Shown in pieces: positions 37,201 through 46,539 of a stretch of 64,000 nucleotides of DNA; the first letter of the stretch is position 1; each line of letters starts with the position of its first letter. Source of the stretch: a virus; IMG/VR virus record IMGVR_UViG_3300028802_000008, positions 1 to 64,000 of that record, one strand, 5' to 3'. A model generated the notes under the pieces. It was not told the DNA's origin. It saw nothing but the letters and a program-made list of their open reading frames with translations, and searched no databases. Position numbers and translations under genes: made by a program.

Positions 37201-40200
37201 TCCAGTTGTGATTGAACGACGCGGTTCCCTGCTGATCCCGGACAACGTCAATCGTCGGCGTGACGCCGTAAGTCAGTCCTGTCGTCGCTCCGTTGCGGAG
37301 GACACGGAAGCGGATGGTGTCGCCGCCAATGAATGCTGGCTTGCTGATCTGCACCGGGTAGACGAGTTCGGTGAAGTTGTTGCCAGGGAAGCCGAAGTCA
37401 TCAACCAAGCCGTCTTCGGACACCCTGCCGGAAGAGAAGGTACCGGTGCCACCGGTCAAACGATTGGTGGTGGCCTGGCCGTCGGTCAGAGACGGGTCGT
37501 TGTAGGGAGCGACCGACGCTGAAGCAACGCGTGTCTGCACTCGGAAGATCAAGTCATTGGCGGAATTCGCAGTCCACGTTCCCGCAGCCACTCGGGTCAT
37601 CTGGTTGCCGCCATGAGCAGGTGACAAATCGGAGCCGTATCCCCAGGCATTAGTACCATCGAAGGCAGCACTTGCTGTGAGCACGATGACGTACCGGGTA
37701 CCATTCACCAAGGTGAACGTCCCATCGAAATCGAAGTATTCCCACTGTCTGGTGGTGGTGAACGTTCCCGCAGTTCGGACGGTAGAGGTCGCTAGGAGCG
37801 TGGCACCAACACTGCTTGTACCGTAGGTACCCGAATGGGAGAACAACTCAGCCTTGATCGTTGAAGTTGGAGCCCCGAGCCGACAGGCCCAAAAACCGGC
37901 CCTCCACAGAGGCTGTCCGTTGCCGGTGAACGATTGGCCTATCGATACTTGGTTGACTGCCGAGATCGATGACGTGACCGACAGATTCGCCTCACCATAA
38001 ACATCGACATCGGCAAAGGTGTACCCGACATCTGCCCACGTCCCGACGCCGTTCTTCTCCCACTGAAGCTGCCAATCGTCGGTGGCGGGAAGCGGTGCTG
38101 CCGTCGTGGATTGCAACCGCACACGCAATTGACCAATCCCGTCACCCGTGTTCAGGTTGCCGAGGATGGAAGTATTCTGGGCACCCAGCGCGACGCTGCC
38201 CGACTCTGTGCCTTGGTCGTAGAACCGGTATGCCGCTTGATTGACCCCGACCGTAGCCGCGACCAAGTTGACGGTCGGGGTTTGACTGTACGTCATTCCC
38301 GTCGTCGCACCGTTCCTCAGGACACGGAAGCGAACGGAGTCACCGCTGACGAATGCCGCCGCATTCATCTGGACCGGGTAGAGCAATTCAGTGAACCCGT
38401 TCGCCGCGAAGCCCACATCGTCAACGAGGCCATCCTCAGACACCTTGCCCGCAGAGAAGGTGCCCGTGCCACCGGTCAAACGATTGGTAGTGGCCTGGCC
38501 GTCGGTCAGAGACGGGTCGTTGTAGGGGATTGTCGGGCCGTCGTAGACCCTGAAGAGCAAATCTTCGTTGATCTGAGTCCACGAAGTATCGAACTGAGAT
38601 CTTCTGCCAAGATGCGAAGAGATAGTGTCAGCGGTTACCAAGAGGCTGTTCGGACTCGTCATGCCACTGGCTTCAACTGCGATGACGTAACCGACACCCT
38701 TGGTCAATGTGAGACTTCCGTCGAAGTCGAACCGCACCCAGGATGCTGTGAGCGAAATCGAACTCGCTAATTTCGCCGTCGAAGTGGCAAGCGCAGTACC
38801 GGTGGCCATTCCGTCGATGCCACCTGTCGTGGTGGCGTAGAGGGTGGCCGTGACATTTCCGGACACAGTCCCTTGTCGTGCCAACCAGAAGTCAGCCCGA
38901 GTCAACTTCGCCCCTGCACCGAGGAATGATTGGCCCTCACGGATATAACCAGCTACCGGGTCACCGAGAATGATCACCTGCGGCGACTGCGGAGTCAAGT
39001 AAGAATCAAGAACTCCAAGATCGAGCCATATCCCGGTTGAGTTCTTCTCGAACTGGAGTTGCCAATCGTCGGTGGCGGGGAGCGGCGCGATATTCGTGGA
39101 CTGAAGCAGCACACGCAACTGACCGAGGCCGTCACCAAGGGTGATGTCGCCAGTGTGCGCGGTGTTCTGTGCAGCGAGGGCAACGCTGGTGTTCTCAGCC
39201 CCCTGATCAAAGAACCGGTACCCCGCTTGAGTCACGGCGGGAAGCGTCCTTGTGACGTTGATCGTCGGGGTAGACGAGTACGTCATCGTGTCACTGATGG
39301 CGTCGTTCCTCAGGATGCGGAAGCGGAGTACATCACCATTGGTGAGGTCGGCCTGTATCAGCTTGACGGTATACAGCAACTCTGTGTAGTTGTTCGCCGA
39401 CCAGCCGACATCATCGGTGAAGCCGTCCTCCGCAACCTTACCCGCAACGAAGGTACCAGTGCCCGCTCCGAGTCGGTTGGTGGTAGCCGCTGCATTGGTG
39501 AGGTATGCTGAGTCATACGCCCTCGCCGTAGTCGTAACGGCATCAACATCTGTCCACGTCCCATTGGCATTCTTCTCCCACTGAAGACACCAATCATCAG
39601 TGGCGGGGACGAGAGTAGTCGTCGTGGACTGCAACCTCATCCGCAGTTGAGTATTGACATCACCTTGTGTGACATCGATCGTGGGAGCCGTGTTCACACC
39701 GGCAAGCGCCGTGCTGCCTGTCTCTGTGCCGTCGTTGTAGAAGCCATACGCAGCCTGTGTGACTGCGACCGGAGTGATGTCCTTGACTTCAACTTGAGCC
39801 GTCGACCACACATCGGAGCGGGAGACCGTCACCGAGACGGTCGCGGCACTGGTCGTCGTGTTCAAGCGATAGGTGCCGTAAGCTGGACGTGTGCCATTGG
39901 CGTCAATGAGTGTGTGGCCGGTCGGTGTCGGGATTACGACATCCGGACGAACACCGTTGGCGAAGCGGAGAACCTGTGAAGTACCGTCAGCGACCTGAAG
40001 CGTCATTGCCGCCCAAGTGATCGACGTGGACGTGGCCCCCTGGTTGGCGCTTATTCCAGGAAGGCACTCCTTCCCGGCCGCGGGTCGGATCGTGGTGGAG
40101 ACGCACCGGGCAGCACCAGTGAACGTCGGCATCGTCCAGACGCCGTCGTACTCACGGTACGACACCATGATCGACGGCGAGACGTTCCTGCTGACGCATG

Positions 40201-40339
40201 TCGTCCAGCCAGCGGGCAGCGTCGCCAGAGTGGCCGTCGTGCCGTAGGCCGCGACCATGACATAGTCGCCGCTTGCTGTGCCCGCGGGCAAGGTGGCTGA
40301 AGTTGTACCCGGTGTCCCGTTGGCTACCCAGGTTGCCAT
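31295..40339 (-). CDS. Giant 3014-aa Thr/Ala-rich modular repeat protein (probable virion fibre or adhesin)
   Basis: GGAGG RBS; four copies of a large module and about 30 D(G/N/R)xDT repeats; late-gene context. Confidence 0.8.
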   Translation of the reverse strand: MATWVANGTPGTTSATLPAGTASGDYVMVAAYGTTATLATLPAGWTTCVSRNVSPSIMVSYREYDGVWTMPTFTGAARCVSTTIRPAAGKECLPGISANQGATSTSITWAAMTLQVADGTSQVLRFANGVRPDVVIPTPTGHTLIDANGTRPAYGTYRLNTTTSAATVSVTVSRSDVWSTAQVEVKDITPVAVTQAAYGFYNDGTETGSTALAGVNTAPTIDVTQGDVNTQLRMRLQSTTTTLVPATDDWCLQWEKNANGTWTDVDAVTTTARAYDSAYLTNAAATTNRLGAGTGTFVAGKVAEDGFTDDVGWSANNYTELLYTVKLIQADLTNGDVLRFRILRNDAISDTMTYSSTPTINVTRTLPAVTQAGYRFFDQGAENTSVALAAQNTAHTGDITLGDGLGQLRVLLQSTNIAPLPATDDWQLQFEKNSTGIWLDLGVLDSYLTPQSPQVIILGDPVAGYIREGQSFLGAGAKLTRADFWLARQGTVSGNVTATLYATTTGGIDGMATGTALATSTAKLASSISLTASWVRFDFDGSLTLTKGVGYVIAVEASGMTSPNSLLVTADTISSHLGRRSQFDTSWTQINEDLLFRVYDGPTIPYNDPSLTDGQATTNRLTGGTGTFSAGKVSEDGLVDDVGFAANGFTELLYPVQMNAAAFVSGDSVRFRVLRNGATTGMTYSQTPTVNLVAATVGVNQAAYRFYDQGTESGSVALGAQNTSILGNLNTGDGIGQLRVRLQSTTAAPLPATDDWQLQWEKNGVGTWADVGYTFADVDVYGEANLSVTSSISAVNQVSIGQSFTGNGQPLWRAGFWACRLGAPTSTIKAELFSHSGTYGTSSVGATLLATSTVRTAGTFTTTRQWEYFDFDGTFTLVNGTRYVIVLTASAAFDGTNAWGYGSDLSPAHGGNQMTRVAAGTWTANSANDLIFRVQTRVASASVAPYNDPSLTDGQATTNRLTGGTGTFSSGRVSEDGLVDDFGFPGNNFTELVYPVQISKPAFIGGDTIRFRVLRNGATTGLTYGVTPTIDVVRDQQGTASFNHNWTMTATGVAPVAGVKQGTASFSHNWNLTATGENGSEGTAAFNWSSGLTAVGKRNPVGQAFLNHQWAISATGSTGEAEMSEGTAAFNHSWSFTAEATPIVAQFWFADTGPHPGINRGDRAFILRGTLLPHLTWLWGDAPLGVVSSPNVATVPGPIPGIEVDFATQQIHHWITLPIDRNVTISGNVDLQLWQMGTAGAANSAVNCVVDRMDSQGNIVSEIFRSTNVVPSTGTSTKMNFTATATSTNLLKGDRLRARIFFDDAPAGQNMASGTATTAIGGAAGAASEAYVKFAQPFAVQKTEPNGSKLYLKDTASIDTGTPAAPANLAFYESATWFTGYPTGTQRTITGVSWNAGDRIYVAGGTESSINSQGFSVPTNANLLFQQVNAAASTGGTTECSAWIWVAVAASSQTNQTISANFTILSGNSASGLCAWVVPGAIGEANGGNSRTEASQTAILQRNSTLLYFCADFNSLNPNGKTPLAASGTVTARRAAGDGTAFGQNIIDWQGVAGGSTTFGLNNYTSLTVAQVWVEVLRDGPMNEKEMWTDRGPISATAQVNTVLGWTPAIQWTSTPGANPLEWYSKTLNAFTLDGLVGLNLRIFQSTSGTASCRAELAICNADGSGAVIWGAGSIVNTPAPGGNWVNQQNGRLPTAETAIKGWLAGATTAVATGKRLRLRVFIDDEDISPLSSGRTASLVYNGPVANTTGDTWIQLPQVVTEYVPAVTVSKYRFYFDGTETSSAAAAAENSAAAISDVVQNLQLRVQLQSTNDLPIPSTTDWQLEYDSFPPVLYAPVPNAGIIAYTDSVNLTDQNATTARLSAGTGTFVAGRVTEDGRADDVGWSGNNYTELVFSIQTNFLGLEDSDSFAFRVVPVAEAGAPTVTQGVIPQLIVSLGAAGSSSGSMAPTDGRDTLASRVDVYRGIIATTDGRDTLAPTVDTQVPVFTGTLALTDGADTLTSGVTFTAVRTATLDVSDRLDVIGASVSAEEPGTYETDLILVDGRDTLAASVNAQQLFQSTLSATDDPDELAATGSTTVPTFDSTVARTDGVDTLEASVEALGITTGALVATDGLDTMVAAASRTVPVFTSENVVVTDGQDTLVATATAGTFGAAIITVTDGVDTMVATATAGTVQTATLDLTDGADALVATPSTTAPTYTGTLALTDGADTLVASGDRTVPIFIGLASATDNPDTLVASGSSTVPIHTGTLVLTDNIDTITAAGTTTAPIFTGTLALTDQPDTLVAAATAGEFQTSSLARTDGLDAIVTTVDATVPTFTSTLSISDRVDTLVAPAETVVPTHLSTFAQTDNRDTLVAASESLPPPNVTSLLYTEAADTIASTGVSTPPGLNAFLSLFDGLDTLALTVSTTAPTYTSTLALTDNADTLTSVPTAAPPEQASTLSVSDNPDTLAVVVTTTPPTLTGTLVVVDRIDTLATSVDTEPPTLLGTAAATDSRDTLVASASAFIPTFDSTLVLTDGVDDMVATANHAPPGDSAGAITVTDGEDTLVATATAAIPTFSGALVVTDGRDTLVAVLQVIPINDASIVLTDRTDTMVAQATADVPTLVSALVITEAPDTMVATASTVVPTFTSSLVITEAPDQIGAVGTSAAPGNSAAAFTVSDGLDTMVAAATRTIPTISAALVVSDGVDTLEATPDFLAVNVLIFVLPDGQDTMRAFADTVVPMLLSTMSGGDNRDTMVGSAQSEIPIFTSTLGFIDGADNLDATATAAVPLATSTVVFTDGRDTLSASVSAVVPLHTASVDLSDGLDTLVANVVAGAVGAGVLGITDGLDTMVATASTTPPTLTGTLAVPDGRDDLVAEAVTVPPVHSSTLVLADKPDTLVAVGVGTPPLHESTLELTDGSDTMAAAVVHVVPTFSSTVLVGEGRDTFAAVGLHSPPGNSAGGFGAVDGRDTMAAAALCLFGHTILSGYKLEMRRLDALRACIRIDEEREMERKDKRTVIRPATSEKGILVP

Positions 40340-40363
40340 TGGATCAACCTCCCGGTTGGGAGA

Positions 40364-40708
40364 TTACGTCGAAGATCCGTTGATGACGAGGTTGGTGATG
40401 GTGTATTCCCCGGCCGAGTTGAAGGTCAAGTCACCGGCCAAAGCGGCCGACCCGTAGAAGGTGCCACCCGTCTCAGCCGACCAAAGCCCGACGTAAGTGG
40501 CAGGGTTGTTCGCTCCTCCACCCGCGAACACCTTGTTCGTGATGGTCAGATCGCCGGTAGACGGAGCGGGCCAAGTCGCCGCGATTCTTGCCGATGACGC
40601 CGGGTTGGTGCCACCCGATCCGGGGTCGGCCGAATGAATGGCAAGCCACGGCGCGGCGTTGCCCATCGCGGTCGCCCCGATGTTGACCAGAGCGTCCAGG
40701 ATTGCCAT
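40364..40708 (-). CDS. Small virion fibre-associated protein
   Basis: LHxADPG-like AIHSADPG...GLWSA..GGTF. Confidence 0.7.
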   Translation of the reverse strand: MAILDALVNIGATAMGNAAPWLAIHSADPGSGGTNPASSARIAATWPAPSTGDLTITNKVFAGGGANNPATYVGLWSAETGGTFYGSAALAGDLTFNSAGEYTITNLVINGSST

Positions 40709-41112
40709 CAGGGTGTTCCGTCAGTGATCACCGCCGAGGAACAGGCAACGGTTCCACCCGCCACGATCGCTGCGTTGAAGTTCAGATCGCCCGAGCCGAC
40801 ACCGGCCGTCATGTCAACCACGGCTGTCGTGCCGTCCGCCTTCCAGAAGCGAGCCCACGTCGGGGTGCCGGAAGCCGCCGCCGTAGCGGAAGTGATGGGG
40901 TTCAGCGTCAGAACACCACCGGCTGCACCAGGGGCAAAGGTCGCGTTGAGGGTCATCTCGGCGAGCATGGTCGCGCCACCGATGGCGGCTCCGACAGCAG
41001 GCTTGGTGCCTGAGTACACGCGGAACTTGCCCGACGCGCCAACTCCGTTGGTTCCGGAGGAGATTTGATCGAGACGAGCATTGCGAAGGGATGTGACGTA
41101 TCCGAGGGCCAT
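40708..41112 (-). CDS. Small virion structural protein
   Basis: LRNARLD...YSGTKP...GTPTWAR. Confidence 0.7.
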   Translation of the reverse strand: MALGYVTSLRNARLDQISSGTNGVGASGKFRVYSGTKPAVGAAIGGATMLAEMTLNATFAPGAAGGVLTLNPITSATAAASGTPTWARFWKADGTTAVVDMTAGVGSGDLNFNAAIVAGGTVACSSAVITDGTP

Positions 41113-41115
41113 GAC

Positions 41116-41265
41116 TTATTCTTCCTCACCGGCATCGATTCGGGCCTGACGTTCGTCGGCTTCGCGCACAAGGCGGTCGGCTTCCTCTTGAGTCATGCCT
41201 TGGGGGAGTGTTGAGATGCCATTGCCCCCGACGGATAGATTCTCTTTGTTCTCTTCGTTTGACAT
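41116..41265 (-). CDS. Small acidic protein, 49 aa
   Basis: AAGGAG upstream; too short for the ORF track. Confidence 0.5.
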   Translation of the reverse strand: MSNEENKENLSVGGNGISTLPQGMTQEEADRLVREADERQARIDAGEEE

Positions 41266-41339
41266 GCGAACTACTTATCTCCTTGAAAGGACGCTTTGCG
41301 ACACTCTATTCCCTGGTCACGATCCACGCCAGGATTGAA

Positions 41340-42217
<878 letters not shown>

Positions 42218-42220
42218 GCT

Positions 42221-42499
42221 TCATCCCGACTGCCCTTCGGTGGCCGCGGCGAGGTCACGCAACGGCTGGAGGGGCACCACTTCGGCCCGTGTGAACAGTT
42301 CGTTTATGGCCGCTGCCGCGGCAGCGATGACGCCTGTGACTATGCCCGCCACCGCACCGTCGTACACATCGGCTCCCAGCAAAATGGCATTGACAGCAGC
42401 GATGAACGTGAACAAGATGTTCATGACACGAACCGGCTCCCGTTGCCACAGTGACCTGACCGGCGTGGAGCGGACGACCGGCGTGTCGTCGTCGGACAT
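42221..42499 (-). CDS. Probable holin
   Basis: REPV followed by two TM helices; directly after the endolysin. Confidence 0.65.
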   Translation of the reverse strand: MSDDDTPVVRSTPVRSLWQREPVRVMNILFTFIAAVNAILLGADVYDGAVAGIVTGVIAAAAAAINELFTRAEVVPLQPLRDLAAATEGQSG

Positions 42500-43311
42500 C
42501 AGTCCCAGTCTCCTGCGTTGGCCTGCACCTTGATGCCGTCCTCCATCGCCTGCCACGTCTTGGCACCGCACCATCCGTCAGCGGTCTGACCCAGCACAGC
42601 TTGGACATTCTTCAGAGCGCCCACAGACTGTGATCCGAAGTTGCCATCTTCGACCACTCCCTGCCCGGAGAGAAGGTTGATCTGTTGCTGGCACATCTTA
42701 GCCATCTTGCCCTGACTGCCTTGCTTGACATCCTTGCGGTATCCGTTCACGGTGAACACTCCTGTTGGCGTTGGTGGTATCGGTGTCGGCTCCACGGGTG
42801 GCGGCGTTGGCTCCGGTTCGCCTGGAAGTTCCCAAGTCGGAAGATCCCAGGTATACAAGTTCGGCAACACTGTGGCGTATCTGCGTGATGCGCTGATCTC
42901 CGTCGGCTGGATGTGCCACGGCTCTTTGTTCACATTGCGGAATGTGCGGAATCCGAACTTTCCGCAATGCTCCTCCATCCAGTTCCAAGACACATTCGGC
43001 ACCATGTCGATCGCCAGAGCCGTCGCGCTCTCGGGACTGACGGGACAGGACTCGTGCCACGAGTTCCCCGGTGAGGCGAAGCCGCTCGTCGGGGTAACCG
43101 GCTGCACACGCCAACCTCCACCCACTCCAAGTGGGATACCGAGGCTGTACGCCGTGAAGATCAGGTGTTGCAGGCGTCGCTGAACCTCCGGATGCAGGAG
43201 ATGAACCGTCTTCTTGGTCAGCATCTGCTCCCAAGTGAGCATGGTGCCCATGCCCTGTGGGCCACCCTCCGGTGGCCGCGAATACCCGTAAGGGAACGTC
43301 GCGTCGCTCAT
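42499..43311 (-). CDS. Endolysin: M15-type peptidase plus peptidoglycan-binding domain
   Basis: SWHE...AID...EPWH; Pro/Thr linker; DGNFG and DGWCGAKTW. Confidence 0.85.
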   Translation of the reverse strand: MSDATFPYGYSRPPEGGPQGMGTMLTWEQMLTKKTVHLLHPEVQRRLQHLIFTAYSLGIPLGVGGGWRVQPVTPTSGFASPGNSWHESCPVSPESATALAIDMVPNVSWNWMEEHCGKFGFRTFRNVNKEPWHIQPTEISASRRYATVLPNLYTWDLPTWELPGEPEPTPPPVEPTPIPPTPTGVFTVNGYRKDVKQGSQGKMAKMCQQQINLLSGQGVVEDGNFGSQSVGALKNVQAVLGQTADGWCGAKTWQAMEDGIKVQANAGDWD

Positions 43312-43445
43312 GACGGCTCCTTGTCGGGGAACAGAACTCGGATGTCGACGTGTGCGGGATCGTTGAGGTACTCCTCGCGATCGCTCAGGTCGTCGCCGAT
43401 GTCAGGCACGTCATCGCCAGGGATCTTGGCAGTCTTCTTAGCCAT
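43308..43445 (-). CDS. Small hypothetical protein
   Basis: GGAG RBS; ATGA overlap with the endolysin. Confidence 0.5.
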   Translation of the reverse strand: MAKKTAKIPGDDVPDIGDDLSDREEYLNDPAHVDIRVLFPDKEPS

Positions 43446-43622
43446 TTCTCCAGCATACCGATAACAAAGATCTTGAGTCATGGATTGACCACGAGCCCCG
43501 CGACCCGGTATATTGGAGCCCAATCAAGGGGAATCTCCAAACATCCTTGGTTGTCGGGACAGAGGCCGTTCGCTCACTGCGAGCGGCCTCTGTCATCTTT
43601 AGTATCTTCCCTGAGGAGCGTC

Positions 43623-44741
43623 ATGGAACCGAGAACTCTGTCAGCATCATCGATCAAGTGCTTCGAAGATTGCGAAGCCATGTACCACGCCCACTACATC
43701 GACCGGGTAAAGGAACGATCGGGTGCCGCGGCTGATCTCGGAACCAGCGTCCACACAGCCTGCGAAGAGTGGGTGAACGCTGGCGCTCCCGCCGATGTCG
43801 ACCTCCTGCTCAAGCAGTTCGACCAGGATGCGATCATGCACGGGCTGAACCAGGAGATGATCAAGGACGGCCGCAAAATGCTCCGGGACTTCTACGATCG
43901 CTGGCAGGAGTTCCCGCCCCACGAGGTTCTCACGACCGAAGTGAAAGAGACGTTCCCGCTCAAGGTTGGCAACAAGACAGTCCAGGTCACCTACATCTGG
44001 GACCGCGGTGATCGGATGCCCGACGGCTCGATCGATGTCATCGACTACAAGACGTGGCGGAAGGTGCTCGACGCTGAGGACATGCGCTCAACCATCCAGG
44101 TGCGGATCTACGCCCTGAGCGCCGCCATCAAATACAAGAGAGACGAGCCCCCGGCGATCTGGGTGACGCTCGATCAGATGCGAACCGGCCCCGTGAGCGT
44201 GAAGTTCACCCGTGAGGACAACCAGGCCACCTGGCGCTACTTGAAAGACGTGTACCAGCGCATCCTGGCCAGCGATGGCACGAAGATGACGATCAACGAG
44301 AACTGCCGGTACTGCGTCCGCAAAGCCGACTGCCCCGAACTCGCTCGTGCAATCGAAGTCGGCAACATCGTCAAGCTCCGCAACGATCCAATGCGAGCCG
44401 CGACACGTCTGGCCGAACTCAAAGCTGCCCGGAACGCAGTCAGCGACACGATCGCTCAATTGGAAGACTTCATGAGTGAACTACTCGATGAGCATGAAGT
44501 TCCCGTGATCAACTACGAGACCGGGGTACAGGTCAAGCTGGAGGTTCGCAAGAGCCGCAAAATTGAGCACCACGGGGTCAACCGGGTGCTCAATCTCGAC
44601 CCGCTGGCACGTCTGAGTCTGCCAGAAATCGATGAGATCCTCGCCGGAGATCAGATCACCGACGAACAGAAGTGGGAACTTCGCAAGTACGTCACCACGA
44701 CAGCCAACGCCAAGGCAACTGCGGTCTTCCCCAAACGCTAA
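43623..44741 (+). CDS. Cas4/RecB-like PD-(D/E)XK exonuclease
   Basis: SASSI..FEDC, GTSVH, VIDYKT, QxxxY (QVRIY) and CRYC.....CP. Confidence 0.88.
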   Translation: MEPRTLSASSIKCFEDCEAMYHAHYIDRVKERSGAAADLGTSVHTACEEWVNAGAPADVDLLLKQFDQDAIMHGLNQEMIKDGRKMLRDFYDRWQEFPPHEVLTTEVKETFPLKVGNKTVQVTYIWDRGDRMPDGSIDVIDYKTWRKVLDAEDMRSTIQVRIYALSAAIKYKRDEPPAIWVTLDQMRTGPVSVKFTREDNQATWRYLKDVYQRILASDGTKMTINENCRYCVRKADCPELARAIEVGNIVKLRNDPMRAATRLAELKAARNAVSDTIAQLEDFMSELLDEHEVPVINYETGVQVKLEVRKSRKIEHHGVNRVLNLDPLARLSLPEIDEILAGDQITDEQKWELRKYVTTTANAKATAVFPKR

Positions 44742-46531
44742 TTCTGATGTCCGGGTGGCAGTTCAGCTTCCAGCGTTTCGATTCGCTGCACAAGATGGGC
44801 AACGATGTCCCACAACTCTGTGGTGATCACGGCATACGAAATCCCCATCGGTTCATTTTGCAAGTCGTAAGCGATCGCTTTGGGCAACGCTGTCATCAAT
44901 TCTTCTGCAATGAACCCACGCTGATCCTTGCTGCGCGTATACGCACCACAAGGTACTTCCGCCGTACCGCAGCACTTATCAGACTCAGTGCAATCATGCG
45001 GAACGGACTCAATATGATTAGGTGACAACTCAAGAGGTTGATGCCCCATCGCCTTCCAGCGACGGTTGACGTCGCGGAAGCGCTCATTACCTCTGATATG
45101 AAGCTCACCAACCTCGGCGTCGTACACGACGGTGCGAACGTTCTTGAGCGCTTCATATGCCTTGTCTCGATGTTCTGACGTAGCCGAACGTACATTCACC
45201 TTCAAATCACGCGATGAAGGCTTAACGAAATCTCCAGCCTTGATCCAGTTGTAGTCAGTGGCATTATTGTTCTTGAACTCAAACATCTCACCGACGCCAC
45301 CGTTGACTTGCATAGTCGGTGCAAAGCCATAAGGCGTCACCCATGCCGCATACCCGCAGACGAGTCCACCGGAGCGAGCCTGCATTCCCATGCTGGTGTG
45401 GCCTCCCGCGCTATTCACCCAGTTCGTGATGCAAGGACCAGCATTGGAAATGAACTGTCTTCCGGCCGTAACGTCCATAGTCGTCGCGACAGCGTAAGCG
45501 CTAAAACCAACCGTGGAAGTCACGCCCCCGTTGTTGATGATAAGTTGATCGTCGCTGTTGCCTCCGATTCGCAACGTGCTGTACGCACGAAGGTGTGCAT
45601 TCGACGTTGAAGAGACGTGATCCAAGAGGAAGTAACCGCAGTTCCCGATGTAGCAAGTCCAGCCAGTATCTGATGCCCAAGGCCCAATCCTGATCCGGTG
45701 TCCGGTCTTGGACGTACCATTGAAGTAGTTGCGAACATAGGTGTCTGTGTCCGACGAGACATAGCCGCCTTCGGCGCGGACATAACTCGCGCCAGTAATC
45801 GCGCCTGTAACAGAAAGAGCGCCCGCTACGTTCGCCGCGCCGTCGGTATTGAATGTGCCAGCCACGTTCACTCCAGCAGAATGAACTTGTACTTGGTGAG
45901 CACCGTCGTTGGCACCGGCCCGGATAAACACAGCCCCACCCGTATTTGCCGAGACGAATGAGTTGGTCCCATCAGCCAGAAGAACATAAGCTGTCGCTGC
46001 GTAAGACGCAGGATGCAACGTAAGATATGCGCCAGCGTGACCAGGGTGCATCTGCATGACCCAACCACCCAAGGTGGTCGGGTTGTTCGGATTCTGAATC
46101 GTGAGGATGTCTTTGCCAGCAATCCGGTGGAAGATCTTTCCACCGCTGGGAACATCATCACCCTGGTTGATGCCAACCGACAAAACGTCTTCGATGTAGA
46201 GAGCACCTGGGCGACCCGATATGCGGACAGTCTGACCAGCGAACGGCTGAGCACTCCCGTAGGGGACAGGGAAGGTCGGGGCTTCTCCCGGCCATTGACA
46301 GAACGCTACGCGCAGTGTGGCGTGGACGCTGATGACCGTCGCATACCTGACCTGTGGACGCTGTTCATCCACCACTTCGTGGGCGTAGCTACGAATGATG
46401 TCCCGCATCTGCGCGGCGCTGTTGAAGGTGGAAAGCGAACTGGTCGCACGAGTCGCGGTCGGTGTCGCGATGACAGCAGACGTGGATCTCGCCCCAGATC
46501 GGCGGTACACGGAAAGAGAGGTTGTGACCAT
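44738..46531 (-). CDS. Tail fibre/spike with a C-terminal Peptidase S74-like chaperone
   Basis: SSRDLKVNV...GFIAEE...ISY and a coiled-coil end. Confidence 0.8.
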   Translation of the reverse strand: MVTTSLSVYRRSGARSTSAVIATPTATRATSSLSTFNSAAQMRDIIRSYAHEVVDEQRPQVRYATVISVHATLRVAFCQWPGEAPTFPVPYGSAQPFAGQTVRISGRPGALYIEDVLSVGINQGDDVPSGGKIFHRIAGKDILTIQNPNNPTTLGGWVMQMHPGHAGAYLTLHPASYAATAYVLLADGTNSFVSANTGGAVFIRAGANDGAHQVQVHSAGVNVAGTFNTDGAANVAGALSVTGAITGASYVRAEGGYVSSDTDTYVRNYFNGTSKTGHRIRIGPWASDTGWTCYIGNCGYFLLDHVSSTSNAHLRAYSTLRIGGNSDDQLIINNGGVTSTVGFSAYAVATTMDVTAGRQFISNAGPCITNWVNSAGGHTSMGMQARSGGLVCGYAAWVTPYGFAPTMQVNGGVGEMFEFKNNNATDYNWIKAGDFVKPSSRDLKVNVRSATSEHRDKAYEALKNVRTVVYDAEVGELHIRGNERFRDVNRRWKAMGHQPLELSPNHIESVPHDCTESDKCCGTAEVPCGAYTRSKDQRGFIAEELMTALPKAIAYDLQNEPMGISYAVITTELWDIVAHLVQRIETLEAELPPGHQN

Positions 46532-46539
46532 GACTTGTC

